Assembly: GCA_964187785.1 (NCBI GenBank)
Contig: OZ076418.1
Location: forward strand, 38,874,001 to 38,938,000
Source: Amphiscolops sp. MND2022
Lineage: Eukaryota
Direction: 5' to 3'
Length of the DNA: 64,000 bases
Below, piece after piece: positions 23,501-35,500 of the stretch. The notes under the pieces were generated by a model, which worked only from the letters and a program-made list of their open reading frames with translations, ran no database searches and was not told where the DNA came from. Every line of letters starts with the position of its first letter. Positions within the stretch are counted from its first letter, which is position 1. The position numbers and the translations under genes were made by a program.

Positions 23501-26500
23501 ATTTTTCTAATTATTATGTCCTTTGGCATATTTCTTTCAACAATCTGATATGCTAGTTTCAATCAACTATTCGTCTTAGTCAAAATGAGAACTTGTGATA
23601 TTTGCCAAAAGAATTTTGGAGACAAAAATTTACTTCGTCATCATCGACGACATGTCCACAAAATTCCTGCTTATCTTTCCCATGGAATGCAATGTTTGCC
23701 ACAATATGGAGCTGTCCGTCGCACTAATTGATCAACCCTTTCGAGAAAAACATGGAACACAATTGGAGAAAATGTGTGTCTTTTGCGGGATTGGATTCGA
23801 TATACCTGAAAAGTTTTACAAACACTTGGAAGAAAAACATGAACTACCACCACCTGCTGAGTCTATCAAAGAGAAAACGAACCCGATATCATCTGCTTTC
23901 AACGGGGCGCTCAAAGTGTGCAAAATTGATGGATCATCAGGAGAAAATGACTTGTTACAGTCATGACTGACATCAAACCACAAATTGATCTATGTTGCTG
24001 GTCGAGATTCATTGTCGAAGAGAACAATCCCCGACACTTATTCGCGACGCAACATATTGGCTCATCAAGCTGAAGAAGAGTTTGATATGCCAATGGGCTT
24101 TGGTCAGATGCTTCGATTGGAAAATTGAATGACTGCAAAATCAACGTGTTTAGATACACTGAAAATTAACTGGTTCCCCTGTGAGTAACTCGAGAAAAGG
24201 GAGATGGTCTTGAAATTGACCTGTTGTTGGTGGATGATGGACAAGAGTATCACTATATTTTGATACTTGATTTATTGAGGCTAGTTTCTATGGTTAAAGG
24301 AACCACAACACTGAATCACAGAGTCGTCTGTAGAAACTGTTCCCCCATTTGCATGAATGAAAGCACTAACAGGTGGCATCAAATCAGTTGCTTGCAACAT
24401 GAACCAGCAGTAGTCAAGATGCCAAAGCCTGAGAAAAACAAACTAAAGTTCACGAATCTGGGTTCCCTGTGGTTTGCACCAGTTGTCATATATTTCGATC
24501 TGGATTCAATCATCCAACCTGTTGCGGGCTCTCAGAATGCAAAGCAGCAAACAAGTATCACAGAAATTTATCAACCCAGTGGCTTCTGCCTTCTTGGAAT
24601 TGATAATGGAAACCCTAATCCTATTTTATTGCAACTAGAGCGCTCTCAGAACTGCATGGAAATATTCGTGGAGGCACTTGAAAACATTGCACAGGAAATG
24701 TATCAAAAGAAGCAAAGCAACTGGTACTTTCGAGACTCAGTACCTGAAAGGCCTCAAGAAGCCGAATTTTGTTGGATATGTGAAGGCCAATTTGGTATAG
24801 TCAGAGACATCGAGGACGACAAGGTCATTGACCATTGCATTACTCGGGAAAGTTTTTGAGATTCGCGCATCCAGAATGCAATCTCAAAAGGAAGGCAATC
24901 AATTTCATACCAGTCATGGCCCACAATCTGTCAAACTATGACCTTCATCATGTGTGTTTATTTATCCACAAGTTCAAACCCTGCTGCAAAGTAGACGTGA
25001 TACCAACTACTGATGAGCAATACATCATTTTAACGATCGGAGTACCTGTGAGGAACTACCAAGTCAAAAACGGAATAACAAAAACTCTGCGTTTGAGTAT
25101 TTGCATTTCATTGCCTCGTTCAGGTTTATGGCTTCTTCACTCGAAAAACTTGCAAGCTATCTGCCAAAAGAAAAGTTCAAGATACTGGACAGTTGCTTTG
25201 CTAACTATCCGGAATCAGACAGACCTCTTGCATCAGAAGGATTTTATCCCTACTCATACATTAGTGAATTTGCCAAATTTCGAGAGGAGAAACTACCACC
25301 GAGAGAACAACAGAAAGATTCACTGCGGAACGGTGCAATAATGCTGACTGAAGAGGAATGGAATCATGCTGAGAAAGTCTTTGAAAGATTCAAATGCGCC
25401 AATTTGGGTGATTACCATGATTTTTACCTCAATACAGACACTCTGATACTAACGTGCGTGGTTGAAGAATTTCGAACCCTCTGTTACAATACCTATGGCT
25501 CGGACCGCGCCCATTACTTCACCTGCTCGCATTTATCTGGTGACGCTTTCTTGAAAAAATGAAGTACTTCAAATCGAACAACAGATACGTGACCGAGCAC
25601 AACTATACTGACTAACACTTACTGGGTGGTATTGTACGCAAATATCTTGTATGGGGGTGTCATTGAAAAGCTACCACTATCATTGAATAGCTTCGAGACA
25701 GTTCAAAAAATTGACCTCAACAAAATCTTGGAAACATCTAACGACTCCGAACAAGGATACATTTTAAAGGTGGACCTTCATTACCCCGATAAACTACATG
25801 ATGGGCATCAAGTATTTCCATTAGCCCCTACGGAAGAGAATATACTACAAAGGCCTCGGAGAAACTCAACAAGAGTTGTTGAAAATAATGGCGAAACTAA
25901 ACCATTCAGTCAAGGTAAAAAGTTGATTCAATCACTGTCGGACAAGAAGAATTACACAGCTCATTATATTACACTGAAACTCTACGTTAGCCGTGGCATA
26001 GAAGTCAAGAAAGTACATCGGGTGTTAAAGTTTAAACAATCTTTTTGGCTTAAACCATACATGGAGCTAAACACAACAGAGAAAAGACTCGAAACAAATT
26101 CGGAGAGTTTCTTCAAATTAATGAATAACTCATGCTACGGGAAAACTCTTGAGAGCAAACGAAACCGCCTCACTGTCCAGCTTGTAAGCAACAGAGAAAG
26201 TCTTTTGAGGAGAACAGACACCCCGTTCATTTGTGAGTTTAAAATCTTCAATGAAAGTCTTGCAGCTATTTCGTCAAGGAAAAGAACCATCTTGTGGAAC
26301 AAACCAACAATTGTTGGAGCATCTGTTTTTTTAGACTTGGCTAAATTCCACAGGTTCAATTTCCACTATAATGTCATGAAAAAGCACCTGAACTGCTTCG
26401 TGTTATACTCAGACACAGATTCTTTGTTGTATGAGATTAAATACACAGACTTTCATGAAGAGCTAGCAACCAATGATGAGCTCCGCCAGCACTTTGACCT

Positions 26501-29500
26501 CTCCAATTACCCTAAAGAACATCACCTCTATAACGTTGATAATAAAATGGTCACACTCAAGTTCAAGGATGAACTTGGAGGAGAGCCAATCGAAGAGTTT
26601 GTCGAACTGAAACCCAAAATGTATTCAATCATGGTTGGAGGAAGGCAGAAGCTATCGGCAAAGGGTTTGACTGAATCATGACCTGTACAAAAAAAATTGA
26701 AAACTGGGGAGTCCTACAAGACTGTAAACATGCAAATAGGCTCGCAAAAGCACCAACTACAAACAATCAAGACGAACAAGGTGTCTCTCAGCTCCTTTGA
26801 TGATAAGCGTTATGTATTGGAAGACGGCATCTCAACATTACCCCTTGGTCACTACATGATCAGAGATGTTCATGTTAAGCAAGACTTTATGAATGAGCCA
26901 GAATGGGGATATGAATAGGAAGAGTTGCCATCAAGTCGCACATGGGATGAATTGAACGGCAATGATCCGCAAGTCACAATCACCCAAATATTCCCAGATG
27001 AGGCTCCGATGCCGGCAAATGCTCCTCTTTCATCAACATTGCGTGTGCGAGTAAGTGAGGATGAGCCAATCTCATTAACTCAACAATTGATGGAAGCATG
27101 GTCGCCTCCCGATCCGGACATGCACCAAAGAGAGTACGGTGATTCCGAGCTGGAAGACCAATTCAGTAACATGGACGAATCAGTTGAGGAGCGAAGCCCT
27201 CCGAGAAATCTTCTACTGACGATGAGGCAGTGGAAGCATCAGATACAGGTGAAACTGCACACGAAGATGACGAAGAGTCAGACCATAACGACTGTATTAT
27301 TGTCGAGACACTGACAGAAGACGAGGCGACGCCATTGAAGACTTGGAATACCTGATTGATTTCGACAATTGCTTCAACGACGATGAATTTGTGAACCGCA
27401 TCAAAAGAGCAAAAAGAAGGCGTCTGGAAATTGTGAGCGAGAGCGAATAGAACTTCATGTTATTTCATTTGCTACTAGCTAGTCTGCATGCTGCGCTTAT
27501 TGTTTTACTTTGTATTGTTCTCAAGTACCTGTTGAGTAAACTTTAAGTAGCTACAAATGCTTTAGTAACTTCGTGAATTCAGTGTTTTGCTCTCATATTA
27601 TTGGCCGGCCTGTTGTCTAATAGCATAGATTCTCCATAAAATGAAATGGAACGAACTTGGCTATAAAAGCAAAAAACTGGGCTTGAATGTCGCCCCCGGA
27701 GGCCCTATTGCGGCCCCATAGCCGTAAAACGGAAAAAGCTAGGCTATAAAAGCAAAATACTACCATTATATGCCGCCACCGCATGCCTTATTGCGGGACC
27801 GTAGCCGTAAAATGGAAAAAGCTAGGCTATGAAAGCAAAATACTAGGCTCACATGCCGCCCACAGGCGTTTTCGCGGCCCCATAGCAGTAAAATGGAAAA
27901 CGCTAGGCTATAGAAGCAAAATACTAGGCTTACATGCTGCCCCGCAGGCCTTATTGCGGCCCCACAGCAGTAAAATGGAAAAAGCTAGGCTAAAAAAGCA
28001 ATAAACTTGGCTTATATGCCGCCCCCGGAGGCCTAACCACGGCCCCATAGCAGTAAAATGGAAAACGCTAGGCTATAGAAGCAAAATACTAGGCTTACAT
28101 GCTGCCCCGCAGGCCTTATTGCGGCCCCACAGCAGTAAAATAGAAAAAGCTAGGCTAAAAAAGCAATAAACTTGGCTTATTTGCCGCCCCCGGAGGCCTG
28201 ACCACGGCCCCATAGCAGTAAAATGGAAAACGCTAGGCTATAGAAGCAAAATATTAGGTTTACATGCCGCCCCACAGGCCTTATCGCGGCCCCATAGCAG
28301 CAAAATGGAAAAAGCTAGGCGATAAAAGCAAAGTACTAGGCTTACATTCCGCCCCGCAGGCCTTATCGCGGCTCCACAGCCGTAGAATGGAAAAAGAATG
28401 CGTTAAAAAGCAAAATACTTGGCTTATATGCCGCCCCCGGGGCCTTACTGCGGCCCCATAACCGTAGAATGGAAAAAGCTTGGCTATAAAAGCCAAATAT
28501 TGGGGTTTAATACCGCCCTCGCAGGCCTTGCTGCTGCCCCATAACCGTAGAATGGGAAAAGCTTGGTAGAAAAAGCAAAATACTGGGCTTTAATGCCTCC
28601 CCCGCAGGCTTTACTGCGGCCCCTTAGCAGTAGAATGGACAAAAGATGCATAATATAACAAAATCTTTGGCTCATATAATGATTTTGTATGCTCATATGG
28701 TTGACTGTAGCTATAAATTGAAAGAAAGTGATATGTACGTACCAGTGTGCAGTGTTCTCTTCTGTTGTTTTCTTCATTCTGCTTCTTTTCTGTTACCGCC
28801 CCCCAAAAGCTTTAATATATCCTAGACCTGACGCGTGGTAAAAACCGTGGAATCGGAAACACCGCAAGAATGACCTTTCACACATCCACAGTCCTTACCC
28901 AGGCCGTTCTCACACATAATTCAATCGTTAGCAAAAAAGTGAGAAGGTTGCTTTACTTGATTTTAGATAATGCCTTGTTAATTGCTCTAATACAAGATAG
29001 AGTATTATCAGAACCAGTGATATCATACTCAGTCAAGTCCATCAGTTCGAAAATTTTGCGTACAAGTGGTGATCCTTTGCAACCTTCATCCTTTTTGGCT
29101 GCTCTGATAACAACTTTCACGTCCTGACATTTGCCTTCCACACACGTAGCCAACTTCTCACCAACAAATCGGAAATTCATCTCAGCAATTTCACGGGCTT
29201 TTGATTCAGCGAGACTTCTTGATTTGCCAATTTTCTCGCCTATGCCAATCGATCCTTTGCCGTCTGCTAACATGACACATGCCAAAAAACGAAAGCGCTG
29301 TTGGGTTTTGCCATCTTTCTCAGTCGAAATTCTCTAGAGGTATGCACTTCAACAGTTCTTATTTTTTCACAGACTCGGGCTGTACAATTCGAACTTTGGC
29401 AGGTGGTACCGCCATCATATTTTTTTCTTCCGAAAGGTCCGAGATCGAACTCTTAATATAACTACGCAGCGCATTTTACTTTCGAGGGCATTTTAAGTCG

Positions 29501-32500
29501 TTCTTCTATATAAAATTATTTTTTTGGTGTGAAGTGTGATCTTGTTTCAAAGTTTGAAAAGTGTTTTGAAAAAAGTACTAAAAGTAAAATCTCTGCAAAA
29601 AGTCAAAGAAACTAACCTTAGTTTGATGATCAAGAGATGAGACGATAGGGAAAAATTTTCTCCGGGATTGTACACTGCTGTCAAGATTCCGAAGGTACCA
29701 ATTCAATGGATATCAGTACACAAATGTTCAATGCATATCAGGATGTAACATTTAATTTCTAGGAGAAACTTTGAAAAATTTCTAAGGAAAGAAAATCTTT
29801 TCAAGAAGCGTAATAACCACTTGATAATTTTTCCGTTCAATTTCATTAGAAAAATTAAACTATGAGTTCATATTAATCCTGATGTGCATTGAGATACTGA
29901 TTCGTTTGCTAAGCTGGGTGATTCATTCAATTTTTCCGGAAAATGTAGACAAAGTCGATAGACTTGATTTTCAGGTGAAATAGAAAAATTAAGCAGAATT
30001 AAACAGTTGGAGAAATGCAACAGATTTATCTGCTGATGCGATGACAAAGTCGATAGACTGGATGATTTCTAGTTGAAAATAGAAAAATTAAGCAGAATTA
30101 AACAGTTGGAGAAATGCAACAGATTTATCTGCTAATGCGAAGCTTGCAAGGGACTGAATAAACAAAGAAACGGTAGTCAGAAATTAGATGAGTAAAAGCC
30201 CGAAAGATGAAGAAATTTGAGACAAGTAAAGCTGCAAAGTTACAAAAGATTTGTTTATCAAAGAGAAAAGTGCAAGGGTCTGATTAAACAAATTGAAGAT
30301 AGCCAGAAGTTAGTTGAGTGAAAAGCTGTCGCAAACAATGTAGTTTGTTAGTTTAAATTTGGACTGACCAAACAAAAGATACACTGCTCAAAGTATTCAG
30401 GCACTTCATCAAACGACAAATGAAGAATTCCGCCTGGAATGGTTCACTTCATATTAGCATTCAAAAGAATTTCCGCATCAATTCACACTAAGAATGTTCG
30501 AGGGTCCAACGAAAGAGTCTGGAAATATGGCAAATGATTTTATGAACCAGAGAATATTTTCGTAAAGTTTGTCAAGCCGAACGCATGTGTTCGAATCCGG
30601 CGAATATGAAGATATATTTTTGGATTATATTTAAAAGCGATGAATGTTGGATTATATTTAAAAGCGATGAATGACAGTTAGTCGCAATAACTAACCGGGG
30701 AGCCGCTACAGGCTGAATGGTTTTATAATGGAAAAAATATATGTCGATTTCAGTTCGCGGTGGTCAAGTGGTTAGCTACTCTGACTTTCTGTCATGAGGT
30801 CCCGGGTTCGAATCCGGGACTTTGCAAAGTTTTTATAAACTAAACCCCCCCCTAAGTTCGACCAGAATACATAAAAACGAACTACTTATAGCTTTTATAT
30901 CGGTTAGATTATTGGACGTAGCTTGAAATCAAATAGGTGTATTTTTAAATCATGCCTGCAAAAGGGGTAATTTGCTAATCAACGCTATTATGATCTGATG
31001 TTTTGTGTCAGTTTTCCTACAACCGGTCTTTCTAGTTTCTTGCGAACTTGCGTATGCTTGAGTAAAGCTTGAATTTTTCCGGTTAAAAACCTGACCGAAT
31101 CTCAACTGAAACCGGTCGTTGTTTGGATTGAAATGAGCCATCGGGAACTAAAATCTGCAGCTCTCGATTTCAATAGAGATCAGGCCGAAAGATTTGGACC
31201 TGAAAAGACAGAAATAACCAGTTGGTTTATTTTTGTTCTACCGTTTTTGTGCTTCGTTGGTGAATGTTTTAAAATTCAAGCTTGATGTTGATCTTTTACA
31301 AAATGAAACGTTTTGATTGTTCAGGCCGATCAAAGGGTTGAAGAAGCCAAGGAGTCTCAGCGAAGCCATGTTGAATTCAAGCAGACCAAAATCAATGACG
31401 TCAAACACGAAATCTCAAACATGATCAACCAGTCATCGCTGTTAGTCGTTCATCATCACGGCTCAGTTATCCACATTCAGTTGCAACGTTACTTTTAACC
31501 CCAGTTAACCTAGCGTCACTTTAAATTTCTTGGAAGTTTGAAGAAATGCCCATGTCTATTGGGGTTGAACTTATTTCATGAAAATGTCAAGATTTATTCG
31601 GTATTATGTTGATACGATTCACATAAGAAATACTACAAACTTCTAGTGCGGATGGGGCAACGGTTATTCGAGTATCTCTGGTTCTGAAATGAAATTTTGA
31701 CGATTCAAGCGGGACATGGCTATAAACACAATACCATCATAGATTTTTTTCAAAATTTTATTAAATAGTTCCAAAAACTTGCATTTCAAGAACTCAAATT
31801 GTTGATATTTAGTCGGCGCTTCATCAAGAGAAGCGCGACTGTTATAGTGACTTTTTTCAATCCACACGAACCGACCAAAATAGTTCTTAAAAGTTATACC
31901 AAAAATTATGGTGTCAAATTGTACCATTTGGCCTAGCGAACTCGACCAAAAAGGTTTTTCCTGTTCTCCCGCGTGACATACCATACCGGGCGAGACCAAA
32001 AGGTCCCCTCTTTCATTTTTTTTCGGCACTGCGAGACTTTTTCGAAAAAAAATTCCTCAAAGGGTCCCCTTCATTTTTTTGCTGTTTTGCGACAATGGAT
32101 GTTGGAAAATCCCAAAGGGTCCTCCCTTTCAGTTTTTTTCGGCACTCTGAGATTATTTTCGAAAATTTTTTTTTCTCCAAAGGGCCCCCCCCTTTCAACT
32201 GCGACAAAAATGTTGAAAACTTCGAACGTGCCATCCTTTTAGCGCGCCAGGGGCTCGCGCTAGCGGGCCCGGCGCGCCACTTGGTCCTTTTTTGGTTTTT
32301 CGATTTTCGAGTACTGTAAAAGAGAATAGTTGACACTTGTAAGTCCTTTTGCTATTTTTGTGCGTTGGATATGGCGCCGACTTATGTGCCGTTCCCGGCT
32401 TGTTAATATGGATAATGCAAATAGTTAAAAGAATATAAACAAAAAAATCTTTAAATGGAATCCGTTAATATAGTATACTAAGATATATCGCTAAAAATAT

Positions 32501-35500
32501 GCAATATTTTCATATATTGCTATATTATCCAAAAAGGCGGATTTATTCGCCGCTTCAATTTTAGGACATTGCACCGCCTAAATTTTGCTTTTCCAGTCTT
32601 GGTGTTGAGTTTAAAATATGCCAACAGTGAGAGAGGGGAGCAGTTGAGAGACATGCAGCAGAGTCTGCTAGAGAGCAAGAAGGAGAGGAGACGGTTGCAG
32701 AAACTAGTGGACCATTACAAGGTTAGTTGAACTAAATACAGCAGCATCAGTGCTTAGAAAGCAGCACGTCAACCCATGTCAGAGTTGGTTGGTGTATGTG
32801 AATTTCGGGCACCTTTATTACAACATTTCAACATTCTACTGATTCTGGCAGAACTTCAGCTTTTTAGCTTGATTTTTCACGAGAAGTTTCACATGTGTTT
32901 CACACTTCTGGAAATATCAAAATAACCTACTACCAGCCTTCAGTGGTACTAATACAATACCAACAGCTAGAGAGAAGTATCACAGTCGAACTAAGAAACT
33001 TGTATGCAATACAAAAATCTCTAATGAATTCATGAGAAAAAGTTTCTTCATAAGGATTCTACCCCTGTGGAACAGCTTACCATCTTGTCTGGTCAAAAAG
33101 AAATAATGCTGACTGAAGAGGAATGGAATCATGCTGAGAAAGTCTTTGAAAGATTCAAATGCGCCAATTTGGGTGATTACCATGATTTTTACCTCAATAC
33201 AGACACTCTGATACTAACGTGCGTGGTTGAAGAATTTCGAACCCTCTGTTACAATACCTATGGCTCGGACCGCGCCCATTACTTCACCTGCTCGCATTTA
33301 TCTGGTGACGCTTTCTTGAAAAAATGAAGTACTTCAAATCGAACAACAGATACGTGACCGAGCACAACTATACTGACTAACACTTACTGGGTGGTATTGT
33401 ACGCAAATATCTTGTATGGGGGTGTCATTGAAAAGCTACCACTATCATTGAATAGCTTCGAGACAGTTCAAAAAATTGACCTCAACAAAATCTTGGAAAC
33501 ATCTAACGACTCCGAACAAGGATACATTTTAAAGGTGGACCTTCATTACCCCGATAAACTACATGATGGGCATCAAGTATTTCCATTAGCCCCTACGGAA
33601 GAGAATATACTACAAAGGCCTCGGAGAAACTCAACAAGAGTTGTTGAAAATAATGGCGAAACTAAACCATTCAGTCAAGGTAAAAAGTTGATTCAATCAC
33701 TGTCGGACAAGAAGAATTACACAGCTCATTATATTACACTGAAACTCTACGTTAGCCGTGGCATAGAAGTCAAGAAAGTACATCGGGTGTTAAAGTTTAA
33801 ACAATCTTTTTGGCTTAAACCATACATGGAGCTAAACACAACAGAGAAAAGACTCGAAACAAATTCGGAGAGTTTCTTCAAATTAATGAATAACTCATGC
33901 TACGGGAAAACTCTTGAGAGCAAACGAAACCGCCTCACTGTCCAGCTTGTAAGCAACAGAGAAAGTCTTTTGAGGAGAACAGACACCCCGTTCATTTGTG
34001 AGTTTAAAATCTTCAATGAAAGTCTTGCAGCTATTTCGTCAAGGAAAAGAACCATCTTGTGGAACAAACCAACAATTGTTGGAGCATCTGTTTTTTTAGA
34101 CTTGGCTAAATTCCACAGGTTCAATTTCCACTATAATGTCATGAAAAAGCACCTGAACTGCTTCGTGTTATACTCAGACACAGATTCTTTGTTGTATGAG
34201 ATTAAATACACAGACTTTCATGAAGAGCTAGCAACCAATGATGAGCTCCGCCAGCACTTTGACCTCTCCAATTACCCTAAAGAACATCACCTCTATAACG
34301 TTGATAATAAAATGGTCACACTCAAGTTCAAGGATGAACTTGGAGGAGAGCCAATCGAAGAGTTTGTCGAACTGAAACCCAAAATGTATTCAATCATGGT
34401 TGGAGGAAGGCAGAAGCTATCGGCAAAGGGTTTGACTGAATCATGACCTGTACAAAAAAAATTGAAAACTGGGGAGTCCTACAAGACTGTAAACATGCAA
34501 ATAGGCTCGCAAAAGCACCAACTACAAACAATCAAGACGAACAAGGTGTCTCTCAGCTCCTTTGATGATAAGCGTTATGTATTGGAAGACGGCATCTCAA
34601 CATTACCCCTTGGTCACTACATGATCAGAGATGTTCATGTTAAGCAAGACTTTATGAATGAGCCAGAATGGGGATATGAATAGGAAGAGTTGCCATCAAG
34701 TCGCACATGGGATGAATTGAACGGCAATGATCCGCAAGTCACAATCACCCAAATATTCCCAGATGAGGCTCCGATGCCGGCAAATGCTCCTCTTTCATCA
34801 ACATTGCGTGTGCGAGTAAGTGAGGATGAGCCAATCTCATTAACTCAACAATTGATGGAAGCATGGTCGCCTCCCGATCCGGACATGCACCAAAGAGAGT
34901 ACGGTGATTCCGAGCTGGAAGACCAATTCAGTAACATGGACGAATCAGTTGAGGAGCGAAGCCCTCCGAGAAATCTTCTACTGACGATGAGGCAGTGGAA
35001 GCATCAGATACAGGTGAAACTGCACACGAAGATGACGAAGAGTCAGACCATAACGACTGTATTATTGTCGAGACACTGACAGAAGACGAGGCGACGCCAT
35101 TGAAGACTTGGAATACCTGATTGATTTCGACAATTGCTTCAACGACGATGAATTTGTGAACCGCATCAAAAGAGCAAAAAGAAGGCGTCTGGAAATTGTG
35201 AGCGAGAGCGAATAGAACTTCATGTTATTTCATTTGCTACTAGCTAGTCTGCATGCTGCGCTTATTGTTTTACTTTGTATTGTTCTCAAGTACCTGTTGA
35301 GTAAACTTTAAGTAGCTACAAATGCTTTAGTAACTTCGTGAATTCAGTGTTTTGCTCTCATATTATTGGCCGGCCTGTTGTCTAATAGCATAGATTCTCC
35401 ATAAAATGAAATGGAACGAACTTGGCTATAAAAGCAAAAAACTGGGCTTGAATGTCGCCCCCGGAGGCCCTATTGCGGCCCCATAGCCGTAAAACGGAAA

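Noticed and set aside
27641-28643. CRISPR-like array
   Set aside because: The whole unit is repeated with no unique spacers, there are no cas genes, and the context is eukaryotic.
30753-30825. Functional tRNA gene (also 22945-23016, 55571-55641, 58901-58970)
   Set aside because: A and B boxes are present but acceptor and anticodon stems do not pair properly, and each continues into a shared repeat body, so these are SINE heads.
31664-32336. ORFs in the AT-rich repeat family (also 42365-43037 and 55332-58221)
   Set aside because: Low-complexity F/K-rich translations of tandem motifs on both strands, with no domain signal.
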